In this document: piece by piece, positions 51,914 to 64,000 of the stretch
Position numbering within the stretch: position 1 is the first letter of the stretch
How the letters are laid out: the number at the start of each line of letters is the position of its first letter
The notes under the pieces: generated by a model
Told to the model about the DNA's origin: nothing
Seen by the model: only the letters and a program-made list of their open reading frames with translations
The model's database searches: none
DNA from: Antedon mediterranea
Taxonomy: Eukaryota > Animalia > Echinodermata
Direction of reading: 5' to 3'
NCBI RefSeq assembly: GCF_964355755.1
Contig: NC_092677.1
Span: forward strand, 21,067,175 to 21,131,174
DNA length: 64,000 bases
Position numbers and translations under genes: made by a program

Positions 51914-54900
51914 TTAAAAACGTTTTAGACCATTTTGAGCATTTCAACAAAACTTTTTCTCACAAAACATCAAAGTGTACAGAATAGCTTCAAATCGCAT
52001 TTGGGGACGTTTTAGACCATTTTGTGCATTTCGATGAAACTTGGTTACACAAAAACATCAAAGTGCTTAAAATCACATTTTGAGCATTTCGTTAAAACTT
52101 TTCACACAAAAACATCAAAGTCCACAAAATAGCTTAATATCGTATTTAAAAACGTTTTAGACCATTTTGAGCATTTCGAAAAAACTTTTCCACACAAAAC
52201 ATCAAAGTTTACAAAATAGCTTCAAATCGCATTTGGAGACGTTTTAGACCATTTTGTGATTTTCGTAAAAACTTGTTAACATAAAAACACCAAAGTGCTT
52301 AGAAAAGCTTCAAATCGCATTTGGAGACGTTTTAGACCATTTTGTGCATTTCGATGAAACTTGGTTACACAAAAACATCAAAGTGCTTAAAATCACATTT
52401 TGAACATTTCGTTAAAAGTTTTCACACAAAAACATCAAAGAGTAAAAAATAGCTTAATATCGTATTTAAAAACGTTTTAGACCATTTTGAGCATTTCGAA
52501 AAAACTTTTCCACACAAAACATCAAAGTTTACAAAATAGCTTCAAATCGCATTTGGAGACGTTTTAGACCATTTTGTGATTTTCGAAAAAACTTGTTAAC
52601 ATAAAAACACCAAAGTGCTCAGAATACCTTCAAATCGCATTTGGAGACGTTTTAGACAATTTTGTGATTTTCGAAAAAACTTGTTAACATAAAAACACCA
52701 AAGTGCTCAGAAAAGCTTCAAATCGCATTTGGAGACGTTTTAAACCATTTTGTTCATTTCGATGAAACTTGGTTACACAAAAACATCAAAGAGCACAAAA
52801 GTATTTAAAAACGTTTTAGACCATTTTGAGCATTCCGACAAAACTTTTTCACACAAAACATCAAAGTGTACAGAATAGCTTTAAATCGCATTTGGAGACG
52901 TTTTAGACCATTTTGTAGTTTTCGAAAAAACTTGTTAACATAAAAACACAAAAGAGCTTCAAATCGCATTTGGAGACGTTTTAGACCCTTTTGTGCATTT
53001 CGATGAAACTTGGTTACACAAAAACATCAAAGTGCTTAAAATCACATTAGAAACCGTTTTAAACCATTTTGAGCATTTCGTTAAAACTTTTCACACAAAA
53101 ACATCAAAGTCCACAAAATAGCTTAATATCGTATTTAAAAACGTTTTAGACAATTTTGAGCATTTCGAAAAAACTTTTTCACACAAAACATCAAAGTTTA
53201 CAAAATAGCTTCAAATCGCATTTGGAGACGTTTTAGACCATTTTGTGATTTTCGAAAAAACTTGTTAACATAAAAACACCAAAGTGCTCAGAATACCTTC
53301 AAATCGCATTTTGAGACGTTTTAGACCATTTTGTTCATTTCGATGAAACAAAAACACAAAAACATCAAATTGCACAAAATGGCTTAATATGATATGGGAA
53401 AACGTTTTAGACCATTTTGAACATTTCGTTAAAAGTTTTCACACAAAAACATCAAAGTCCACAAAATAGCTTAATATCGTATTTAAAAACGTTTTAGACC
53501 ATTTTGAGCATTTCGAAAAAACTTTTCCACACAAAACATCAAAGTTTACAAAATAGCTTCAAATCGCATTTGGAGACGTTTTAGACCATTTTGTGATTTT
53601 CGAAAAAACTTGTTAACATAAAAACACAAAAGTGCTCAGAATACCTTCAAATCGCATTTGGAGACGTTTTAGACCATTTTGTGATTTTCGAAAAAACTTG
53701 TTTACATAAAAACACCAAAGTGCTTAGAAAAGCTTCAAATCGCATTTGGAGACGTTTTAAACCATTTTGTTCATTTCGATGAAACTTGGTTACACAAAAA
53801 CATCAAAGAGCACAAAAGTATTTAAAAACGTTTTAGACCATTTTGTGCATTCCGACAAAACTTTTTCACACAAAACATCAAAGTGTACAGAATAGCTTTA
53901 AATCGCATTTGGAGACGTTTTAGACCATTTTGTAGTTTTCGAAAAAACTTGTTAACATAAAAACACCAAAGAGCTTCAAATCGCATTTGGAGACGTTTTA
54001 GACCCTTTTGTGCATTTCGATGAAACTTGGTTACACAAAAACATCAAAGTGCTTAAAATCACATTAGAAACCGTTTTAGACCATTTTGAGCATTTCGTTA
54101 AAACTTTTCACACAAAAACATCAAAGTCCACAAAATAGCTTAATATCGTATTTAAAAACGTTTTAGACCATTTTGAGCATTTCGAAAAAACTTTTTCACA
54201 CAAAACATCAAAGTTTACAAAATAGCTTCAAATCGCATTTGGAGACGTTTTAGACCATTTTGTGATTTCGAAAAAACTTGTTAACATAAAAACACCAAAG
54301 TGCTCAGAATACCTTCAAATCGCATTTGGAGACGTTTTAGACCATTTTGTGATTTTCGAAAAAACTTAACATAAAAACACCAAAGTGCTCAGAATACCTT
54401 CAAATCGCATTTGGAGACGTTTTAGATCATTTTGTGATTTTCGAAAAAACTTGTTAACATAAAAACACCAAAGTGCTCAGAATACCTTCAAATCGTATTT
54501 TGAGACGTTTTAGAAAATGTTGTGATTTTCGAAAAAACTTGTTAACATAAAAACACCAAAGTGCTTAGAAAAGCTTCAAATCGCATTTGGATACGTTTTA
54601 GACGATTTTGTTCATTTCGATGAAACTTGGTTACACAAAAACATCAAAGAGCACAAAAGAGCTTAATATCGTATTTAAAAACGTTTTATACCATTTTGAG
54701 CATTTCGAAAAAACTTTTTCACACAAAACATCAAAGTTTACAAAATAGCTTCAAATCGCATTTGGAGACGTTTTAGACCATTTTGTGATTTTCGAAAAAA
54801 CTTGTTAACATAAAAACACCAAAGTGCTCAGAATACCTTCAAATCGCATTTTGAGACGTTTTAGACCATTTTGTGATTTTCGAAAAAACTTAACATAAAA

Positions 54901-57900
54901 ACACCAAAGTGCTCAGAATACCTTCAAATCGCATTTGGAGACGTTTTAGATCATTTTGTGATTTTCGAAAAAACTTGTTAACATAAAAACACCAAAGTGC
55001 TCAGAATACCTTCAAATCGTATTTTGAGACGTTTTAGAAAATTTTGTGATTTTCGAAAAAACTTGTTAACATAAAAAAACCAAAGTGCTTAGAAAAGCTT
55101 CAAATCGCATTTGGAGACGTTTTAGACAATTTTGTTCATTTCGATGAAACTTGGTTACACAAAAACATCAAAGAGCACAAAAGAGCTTAATATCGTATTT
55201 AAAAACGTTTTATACCATTTTGAGCATTTCGAAAAAACTTTTTCACACAAAACATCAAAGTTTACAAAATAGCTTCAAATCGCATTTGGAGACGTTTTAG
55301 ACCATTTTGTAGTTTTCGAAAAAACTTGTTAACATAAAAACACAAAAGTGCTTAGAAAAGCTTCAAATCGCATTTGGAGACGTTTTAGACCATTTTGTTC
55401 ATTTCGATGAAACTTGGTTACACAAAAACATCAAAGAGCACAAAAGTATTTTAAAACGTTTTAGACCATTTTGAGCATTCCGACAAAACTTTTTCACACA
55501 AAACATCAAAGTGTACAGAATAGCTTTAAATCGCATTTGGAGACGTTTTAGACCATTTTGTAGTTTTCGAAAAAACTTGTTAACATAAAAACACAAAAGA
55601 GCTTCAAATCGCATTTGGAGACGTTTTAGACCCTTTTGTGCATTTCGATGAAACTTGGTTACACAAAAACATCAAAGTGCTTAAAATCACATTAGAAACC
55701 GTTTTAGACCATTTTGAGCATTTCGTTAAAACTTTTCACAAAAAAACATCAAAGTCCACAAAATAGCTTAATATCGTATTTAAAAACGTTTTAGACCATT
55801 TTGAGCATTTCGAAAAAACTTTTTCACACAAAACATCAAAGTTTACAAAATAGCTTCAAATCGCATTTGGAGACGTTTTAGATCATTTTGTGATTTTCGA
55901 AAAAACTTGTTAACATAAAAACACCAAAGTGCTCAGAATACCTTCAAATCGCATTTTGAGACGTTTTAGACCATTTTGTGATTTTCGAAAAAACTTAACA
56001 TAAAAACACCAAAGTGCTCAGAATACCTTCAAATCGCATTTGGAGACGTTTTAGATCATTTTGTGATTTTCGAAAAAACTTGTTAACATAAAAACACCAA
56101 AGTGCTCAGATTACCTTCAAATCGTATTTTGAGACGTTTTAGACAATTTTGTGATTTTCGAAAAAACTTGTTAACATAAAAACACCAAAGTGCTTAGAAA
56201 AGCTTCAAATCGCATTTGGAGACGTTTTAGACCATTTTGTGCATTTCGATGAAACTTGGTTACACAAAAACATCAAAGTGCTTAAAATCACATTTTGAGC
56301 ATTTCGTTAAAACTTTTCACACAAAAACATCAAAGAGCAAAAATAGCTTAATATCGTATTTAAAAACGTTTTAGACCATTTTGAGCATTTCGACAAAACT
56401 TTTTCACACAAAACATCAAAGTGTACAGAATAGCTTTAAATCGTATTTGGAGACGTTTTAGACCATTTTGATCATTTCGATGAAACAAAAACACAAAAAC
56501 ATCAAATTGCACAAAATGGCTTAATATGATATGGGAAAACGTTTTAGACCATTTTGAACATTTCGTTAAAACTTTTCACACAAAAACATCAAAGTCCACA
56601 AAATAGCTTAATATCGTATTTAAAAACGTTTTAGACCATTTTGAGCATTTCGAAAAAACTTTTTCACACAAAACATCAAAGTGTACAAAATAGCTTCAAA
56701 TCGCATTTGGAGACGTTTTAGACAATTTTGTGATTTTCGAAAAAACTTGTTTACATAAAAACACCAAAGTGCTAAGAATAGCTTCCAATCGCATTTGGAG
56801 ACGTTTTAGACCCTTTTGTGCATTTCGATGAAACTTGGTTACACAAAAACATCAAAGTGCTTAAAATCACATTAGAAACCGTTTTAGACCATTTTGAGCA
56901 TTTCGTTAAAATTTTTCACAGAAAAACATCAAAGAGCAAAAAATAGCTTAATATCGTATTTAAAAACGTTTTAGACCATTTTGAGCATTTCGACAAAACT
57001 TGTTCACACAAAACATCAAAGTGTACAGAATAGCTTCAAATCGCATTTGGAGACGTTTTAAACCATTTTGAGCATTTCGATAAAATTTTACACACAAAAA
57101 CATCAAAGTGCACAAAATAGCTTAATATGGTATTTAAAAACGTTTTAGACCATTTTGAGCATTTCAAAAAAACTTTTTCTCACAAAACATCAAAGTGTAC
57201 AGAATAGCTTCAAATCGCATTTGGAGACGTTTTAGACAATTTTGTGCATTTCGATGAAACTTGGTTACACAAAAACATTAAAGTGCTTAAAATCACATTT
57301 TGAGCATTTCGTTAAAACTTTTCACACAAAAACATCAAAGTCCACAAAATAGCTTAATATCGTATTTAAAAACGTTTTAGACCATTTTGAGCATTTCGAA
57401 AAAACTTTTTCACACAAAACATCAAAGTTTACAAAATAGCTTCAAATCGCATTTGGAGACGTTTTAGACCATTTTGTGATTTTCGAAAAAACTTGTTAAT
57501 ATAAAAACACCAAAGTGCTCAGAATACCTTCAAATCGCATTTTGAGACGTTTTAGACCATTTTGTGATTTTCGAAAAAACTTGTTAACATAAAAACACCA
57601 AAGTGCTTAGAAAAGCTTCAAATCGCATTTGGAGACGTTTTAGACCATGTTGTGCATTTCGATGAAACTTGGTTACACAAAAACATCAAAGAGCACAAAA
57701 GAGCTTAATATCGTATTTAAAAACGTTTTAGACCATTTTGAGCATTTCGACAAAACTTTTTCACACAAAACATCAAAGTGTACAGAATAGCTTTAAATCG
57801 CATTTGGAGACGTTTTAGACCATTTTGTAGTTTTCGAAAAAACTTGTTAACATAAAAACACAAAAGAGCTTCAAATCGCATTTGGAGACGTTTTAGACCC

Positions 57901-60900
57901 TTTTGTGCATTTCGATGAAACTTGGTTACACAAAAACATCAAAGTGCTTAAAATCACATTAGAAACCGTTTTAGACCATTTTGAGCATTTCGTTAAAACT
58001 TTTCACACAAAAACATCAAAGTCCACAAAATAGCTTAATATCGTATTTAAAAACGTTTTAGACCATTTTGAGCATTTCGAAAAAACTTTTTCACACAAAA
58101 CATCAAAGTTTACAAAATAGCTTCAAATCGCATTTGGAGACGTTTTAGACCATTTTGTGCTTTTCGAAAAAACTTGTTAACATAAAAACACCAAAGTGCT
58201 CAGAATACCTTCAAATCGCATTTTGAGACGTTTTAGACCATTTTGTGATTTTCGAAAAAACTTAACATAAAAACACCAAAGTGCTCAGAATACCTTCAAA
58301 TCGCATTTGGAGACGTTTTAGACCATTTTGTGATTTTCGAAAAAACTTGTTAACATAAAAACACCAAAGGGCTCAGAATACCTTCAAATCGCATTTGGAG
58401 ACGTTTTAGACCATTTTGTGATTTTCGAAAAAACTTGTTAACATAAAAACACCAAAGTGCTCAGAATACCTTCAAATCGCATTTTGAGACGTTTTAGACC
58501 ATTTTGTGATTTTCGAAAAAACTTGTTAACATAAAAACACCAAAGTGCTTAGAAAAGCTTCAAATCGCATTTGGAGACGTTTTAGACCATGTTGTGCATT
58601 TCGATGAAACTTGGTTACACAAAAACATCAAAGAGCACAAAAGAGCTTAATATCGTATTTAAAAACGTTTTAGACCATTTTGAGCATTTCGACAAAACTT
58701 TTTCACACAAAACATCAAAGTGTACAGAATAGCTTTAAATCGCATTTGGAGACGTTTTAGACCATTTTGTAGTTTTCGAAAAAACTTGTTAACATAAAAA
58801 CACAAAAGAGCTTCAAATCGCATTTGGAGACGTTTTAGACCCTTTTGTGCATTTCGATGAAACTTGGTTACACAAAAACATCAAAGTGCTTAAAATCACA
58901 TTAGAAACCGTTTTAGACCATTTTGAGCATTTCGTTAAAACTTTTCACACAAAAACATCAAAGTCCACAAAATAGCTTAATATCGTATTTAAAAACGTTT
59001 TAGACCATTTTGAGCATTTCGAAAAAACTTTTTCACACAAAACATCAAAGTTTACAAAATAGCTTCAAATCGCATTTGGAGACGTTTTAGACCATTTTGT
59101 GCTTTTCGAAAAAACTTGTTAACATAAAAACACCAAAGTGCTCAGAATACCTTCAAATCGCATTTTGAGACGTTTTAGACCATTTTGTGATTTTCGAAAA
59201 AACTTAACATAAAAACACCAAAGTGCTCAGAATACCTTCAAATCGCATTTGGAGACGTTTTAGACCATTTTGTGATTTTCGAAAAAACTTGTTAACATAA
59301 AAACACCAAAGGGCTCAGAATATCTTCAAATCGCATTTGGAGACGTTTTAGACCATTTTGTGATTTTCGAAAAAACTTGTTAACATAAAAACACCAAAGT
59401 GCTCAGAATACCTTCAAATCGCATTTTGAGACGTTTTAGACCATTTTGTGATTTTCGAAAAAACTTGTTAAAACATAAAAACACCAAAGTGCTTAGAAAA
59501 GCTTCAAATCGCATTTGGAGACGTTTTAGACCATTTTGTTCATTTCGATGAAACTTGGTTACACAAAAACATCAAAGAGCATAAAAGAGCTTAATATCGT
59601 ATTTAAAAACGTTTTAGACCATTTTGAGCATTTCGACAAAACTTTTTCACACAAAACATCAAAGTGTACAGAATAGCTCTAAATCGCATTTGGAGACGTT
59701 TTAGACCATTTTGTAGTTTTCGAAAAAACTTGTTAACATAAAAACACAAAAGAGCTAAGAATAGCTTCAAATCGCATTTGGAGACGTTTTAGACCCTTTT
59801 GTGCATTTCGATGAAACTTGGTTACACAAAAACATCAAAGTGCTTAAAATCACATTAGAAACCGTTTTAGACCATTTTGAGCATTTCGTTAAAACTTTTC
59901 ACACAAAAACATCAAAGTCCACAAAATAGCTTAATATTGTATTTAAAAACGTTTTAGACCATTTTGAGCATTTCGAAAAAACTTTTTCACACAAAACATC
60001 AAAGTTTACAAAATAGCTTCAAATCGCATTTGGAGACGTTTTAGACCATTTTGTGATTTTCGAAAAAACTTGTTAACATAAAAACACCAAAGTGCTCAGA
60101 ATACCTTCACATCGCATTTTGAGACGTTTTAGACCATTTTGTGATTTTCGAAAAAACTTGTTAATATAAAAACACCAAAGTCCTTAGAAAGCTTCAAATC
60201 GCATTTGGAGACGTTTTAGACCATTTTGAGCATTTCGATAAAATTTTACACACAAAAACATCAAAGTGCACAAAATAGCTTAATATGGTATTTAAAAACG
60301 TTTTAGACCATTTTGAGCATTTCGACAAAACTTTTTCTCACAAAACATCAAAGTGTACAGAATAGCTTCAAATCGCATTTGGAGACGTTTTAGACCATTT
60401 TGTGCATTTCGATGAAACTTGGTTACACAAAAACATCAAAGTGCTTAAAATCACATTTTGAGCATTTCGTTAAAACTTTTCACACAAAAACATCAAAGAG
60501 CAAAAAATAGTTAATATCGTATTTAAAAACGTTTTAGACCATTTTGAGCATTTCGACAAAACTTTTTCACACAAAATATCAAAGTGTACAGAATAGCTTT
60601 AAATCGCATTTGGAGACGTTTTAGACCATTTTGTGATTTTCGAAAAAACTTGTTAACATAAAAACACCAAAGTGCTTAGAAAAGTTTCAAATCGCATTTG
60701 GAGACGTTTTAGACCATTTTGTTCATTTCGATGAAACTTGGTTACACAAAAACATCAAATTGCACAAAATGGCTTAATATGGTATGGGAAAACGTTTTAG
60801 ACCATTTTGAACATTTCGACAAAACTTTTTCACACAAAACATCAAAGTGTACAGAATAGCTTTAAATCGCATTTGGAGACGTTTTAGACCATTTTGTAGT

Positions 60901-63900
60901 TTTCGAAAAAACTTGTTAACATAAAAACACAAAAGAGCTTCAAATCGCATTTGGAGACGTTTTAGACCCTTTTGTGCATTTCGATGAAACTTGGTTACAC
61001 AAAAACATCAAAGTGCTTAAAATCACATTAGAAACCGTTTTAGACAATTTTGAGCATTTCGTTAAAACTTTTCACACAAAAACATCAAAGTCCACAAAAT
61101 AGCTTAATATCGTATTTAAAAAAGTTTTAGACCATTTTGAGCATTTCGAAAAAACTTTTTCACACAAAACATCAAAGTGTACAGAATAGCTTTAAATCGC
61201 ATTTGGAGACGTTTTAGACCATTTTGTAGTTTTCGAAAAAACTTGTTAACATAAAAACACAAAAGAGCTTCAAATCGCATTTGGAGACGTTTTAGACCCT
61301 TTTGTGCATTTCGATGAAACTTGGTTACACAAAAACATCAAAGTGCATAAAATCACATTAGAAACCGTTTTAGACCATTTTGAGCATTTCGTTAAAACTT
61401 TTCACACAAAAACATCAAAGTCCACAAAATAGCTTAATATTGTATTTAAAAACGTTTTAGACCATTTTGAGCATTTCGAAAAAACTTTTTCACACAAAAC
61501 ATCAAAGTTTACAAAATAGCTTCAAATCGCATTTGGAGACGTTTTAGACCATTTTGTGATTTTCGAAAAAACTTGTTAACATAAAAACACCAAAGTGCTC
61601 AGAATACCTTCACATCGCATTTTGAGACGTTTTAGACCATTTTGTGATTTTCGAAAAAACTTGTTAACATAAAAACACCAAAGTGCTTAGAAAGCTTCAA
61701 ATCGCATTTGGAGACGTTTTAGACCATTTTGAGCATTTCGATAAAAATTTACACACAAAAACATCAAAGTGCACAAAATAGCTTAATATGGTATTTAAAA
61801 ACGTTTTAGACCATTTTTAGCATTTCGACAAAACTTTTTCTCACAAAACATCAAAGTGTACAGAATAGCTTCAAATGGCATTTGGAGACGTTTTAGACCA
61901 TTTTGTGCATTTCGATGAAACTTGGTTACACAAAAACATCAAAGTGCTTAAAATCACATTTTGAGCATTTCGTTAAAACTTTTCACACAAAAACATCAAA
62001 GAGCAAAAAATAGTTAATATCGTATTTAAAAACGTTTTAGACCATTTTGAGCATTTCGACAAAACTTTTTCACACAAAACATCAAAGTGTACAGAATAGC
62101 TTTAAATCGCATTTGGAGACGTTTTAGACCATTTTGTGATTTTCGAAAAAACTTGTTAACATAAAAACACCAAAGTGCTTAGAAAAGTTTCAAATCGCAT
62201 TTGGAGACGTTTTAGACCATTTTGTTCATTTCGATGAAACTTGGTTACACAAAAACATCAAATTGCACAAAATGGCTTAATATGGTATGGGAAAACGTTT
62301 TAGACCATTTTGAGCATTTCGAAAAAACTTTTTCACACAAAACATCAAAGTTTACAAAATAGCTTCAAATCGCATTTGGAGACGTTTTAGACCATTTTGT
62401 GATTTTCGAAAAAACTTGTTAACATAAAAACACAAAAGAGCTTCAAATCGCATTTGGAGACGTTTTAGACCCTTTTGTGCATTTCGATGAAACTTGGTTA
62501 CACAAAAACATCAAAGTGCTTAAAATCACATTAGAAACCGTTTTAGACACTTTTGAGCATTTCGTTAAAACTTTTCACACAAAAACATCAAAGTCCACAA
62601 AATAGCTTAATATCGTATTTAAAAAAGTTTTAGACCATTTTGAGCATTTCGAAAAAACTTTTTCACACAAAACATCAAAGTGTACAAAATAGCTTGAAAT
62701 CGCATTTGGAGACGTTTTAGACAATTTTGTGATTTTCGAAAAAACTTGTTTACATAAAAACACCAAAGTGCTAAGAATAGCTTCCAATCGCATTTGGAGA
62801 CGTTTTAGACCCTTTTGTGCATTTCGATGAAACTTGGTTACACAAAAACATCAAAGTGCTTAAAATCACATTAGAAACCGTTTTAGACCATTTTGAGCAT
62901 TTCGTTAAAACTTTTAACACAAAAACATCAAAGTGCACAAAATAGCGTAATATGGTATTTAAAAACGTTTTAGACCATTTTGAACATTTCGAGAAAACTT
63001 TTTCACACAAAACTTCAAAGTGTACAGAATAGCTTCAAATCGCATTAGAAACCGTTTTAGACCATTTTGTGATTTTCGAAAAAACTTTTTCACACAAAAC
63101 ATCAAAGTTTACAAAATAGCTTCAAATCGCATTTGGAGACGTTTTAGACCATTTTGTGATTTTCGAAAAAACTTGTTAACATAAAAACACCAAAGTGCTC
63201 AGAATACCTTCAAATCGTGTTTTGAGACGTTTTAGACCATTTTGTGATTTTGGAAAAACTTGTTAACATAAAAACATCAAAGTTTACAAAATAGCTTCAA
63301 ATCGCATTTGGAGACGTTTTAGACCATTTTGTGATTTTCGAAAAAACTTGTTAACATAAAAACACCAAAGTGCTCAGAATACCTTCAAATCGCATTTGGA
63401 GACGTTTTAGACCATTTTGTGATTTTCGAAAAAACTTGTTAACATAAAAACACCAAAGTGCTCAGAAAAGCTTCAAATCGCATTTGGAGACGTTTTAAAC
63501 CATTTTGTTCATTTCGATGAAACTTGGTTACACAAAAATATCAAAGAGCACAAAAGTATTTAAAAACGTTTTAGACCATCTTGAGCATTCCGACAAAACT
63601 TTTTCACACAAAACATCAAAGTGTACAGAATAGCTTTAAATCGCATTTGGAGACGTTTTAGACCATTTTGTAGTTTTCGAAAAAACTTGTTAACATAAAA
63701 ACACAAAAGAGCTTCAAATCGCATTTGGAGACGTTTTAGACCCTTTTGTGCATTTCGATGAAACTTGGTTACACAAAAACATCAAAGTGCTTAAAATCAC
63801 ATTAGAAACCGTTTTAGACCATTTTGAGCATTTCGTTAAAACTCTTCACACAAAAACATCAAAGTCCACAAAATAGCTTAATATCGTATTCAAAAACGTT

Positions 63901-64000
63901 TTAGACCATTTTGAGCATTTCGAAAAAACTTTTTCACACAAAACATCAAAGTTTACAAAATAGCTTCAAATCGCATTTGGAGACGTTTTAGACCATTTTG
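51914..64000. repeat. Satellite array, subfamily B
   Basis: Continuous monomers to the right edge; local duplications of about 942 and 1503 bp. Confidence 0.97.

Noticed and set aside
466-63010. Many 60-120 aa ORFs in the satellite (MRFEAIL..., MCISKKL...)
   Set aside because: They are chance open frames in tandem repeats, often with non-ATG starts, recurring only because the DNA is duplicated.
1-64000. CRISPR-like alternation of a conserved block (CATTTGGAGACGTTTTAGACCATTTTG) with variable segments
   Set aside because: The variable segments are homologous to each other rather than unique spacers, there are no cas genes, and the context is eukaryotic TEs.
1-64000. CENP-B box in the monomer (TTCG is present)
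   Set aside because: The downstream A..CGGG part of the canonical box is absent.

Overview
This is eukaryotic DNA (probably an invertebrate animal, by inference) with no intact host gene. About 88% of the window is one head-to-tail, AT-rich satellite with an 86-88 bp monomer, internally deleted monomer variants and local higher-order repeats. The monomer subfamily switches near 9.2-9.6 kb. Four unrelated non-autonomous mobile elements interrupt the array, each with clean, readable junctions: (1) an Ngaro/PAT-type tyrosine-recombinase retroelement with split direct repeats and a truncated recombinase (5897-8803, minus strand); (2) a PIF/Harbinger derivative with a TAA target site duplication (TSD) and a transposase remnant (14295-16853); (3) a Helentron-associated HINE/DINE-like element (33883-35102, minus strand); (4) a piggyBac-type TTAA MITE (50873-51913). 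Three observations stand out. The HINE carries an inverted, diverged copy of most of the satellite monomer. All four elements inserted within the same ~27-nt part of the same minority monomer subtype. The Ngaro derivative shows its 3-bp recombination core and carries a hairpin minisatellite where gag/RT would be. All alignments were done by eye; no database searches were run.
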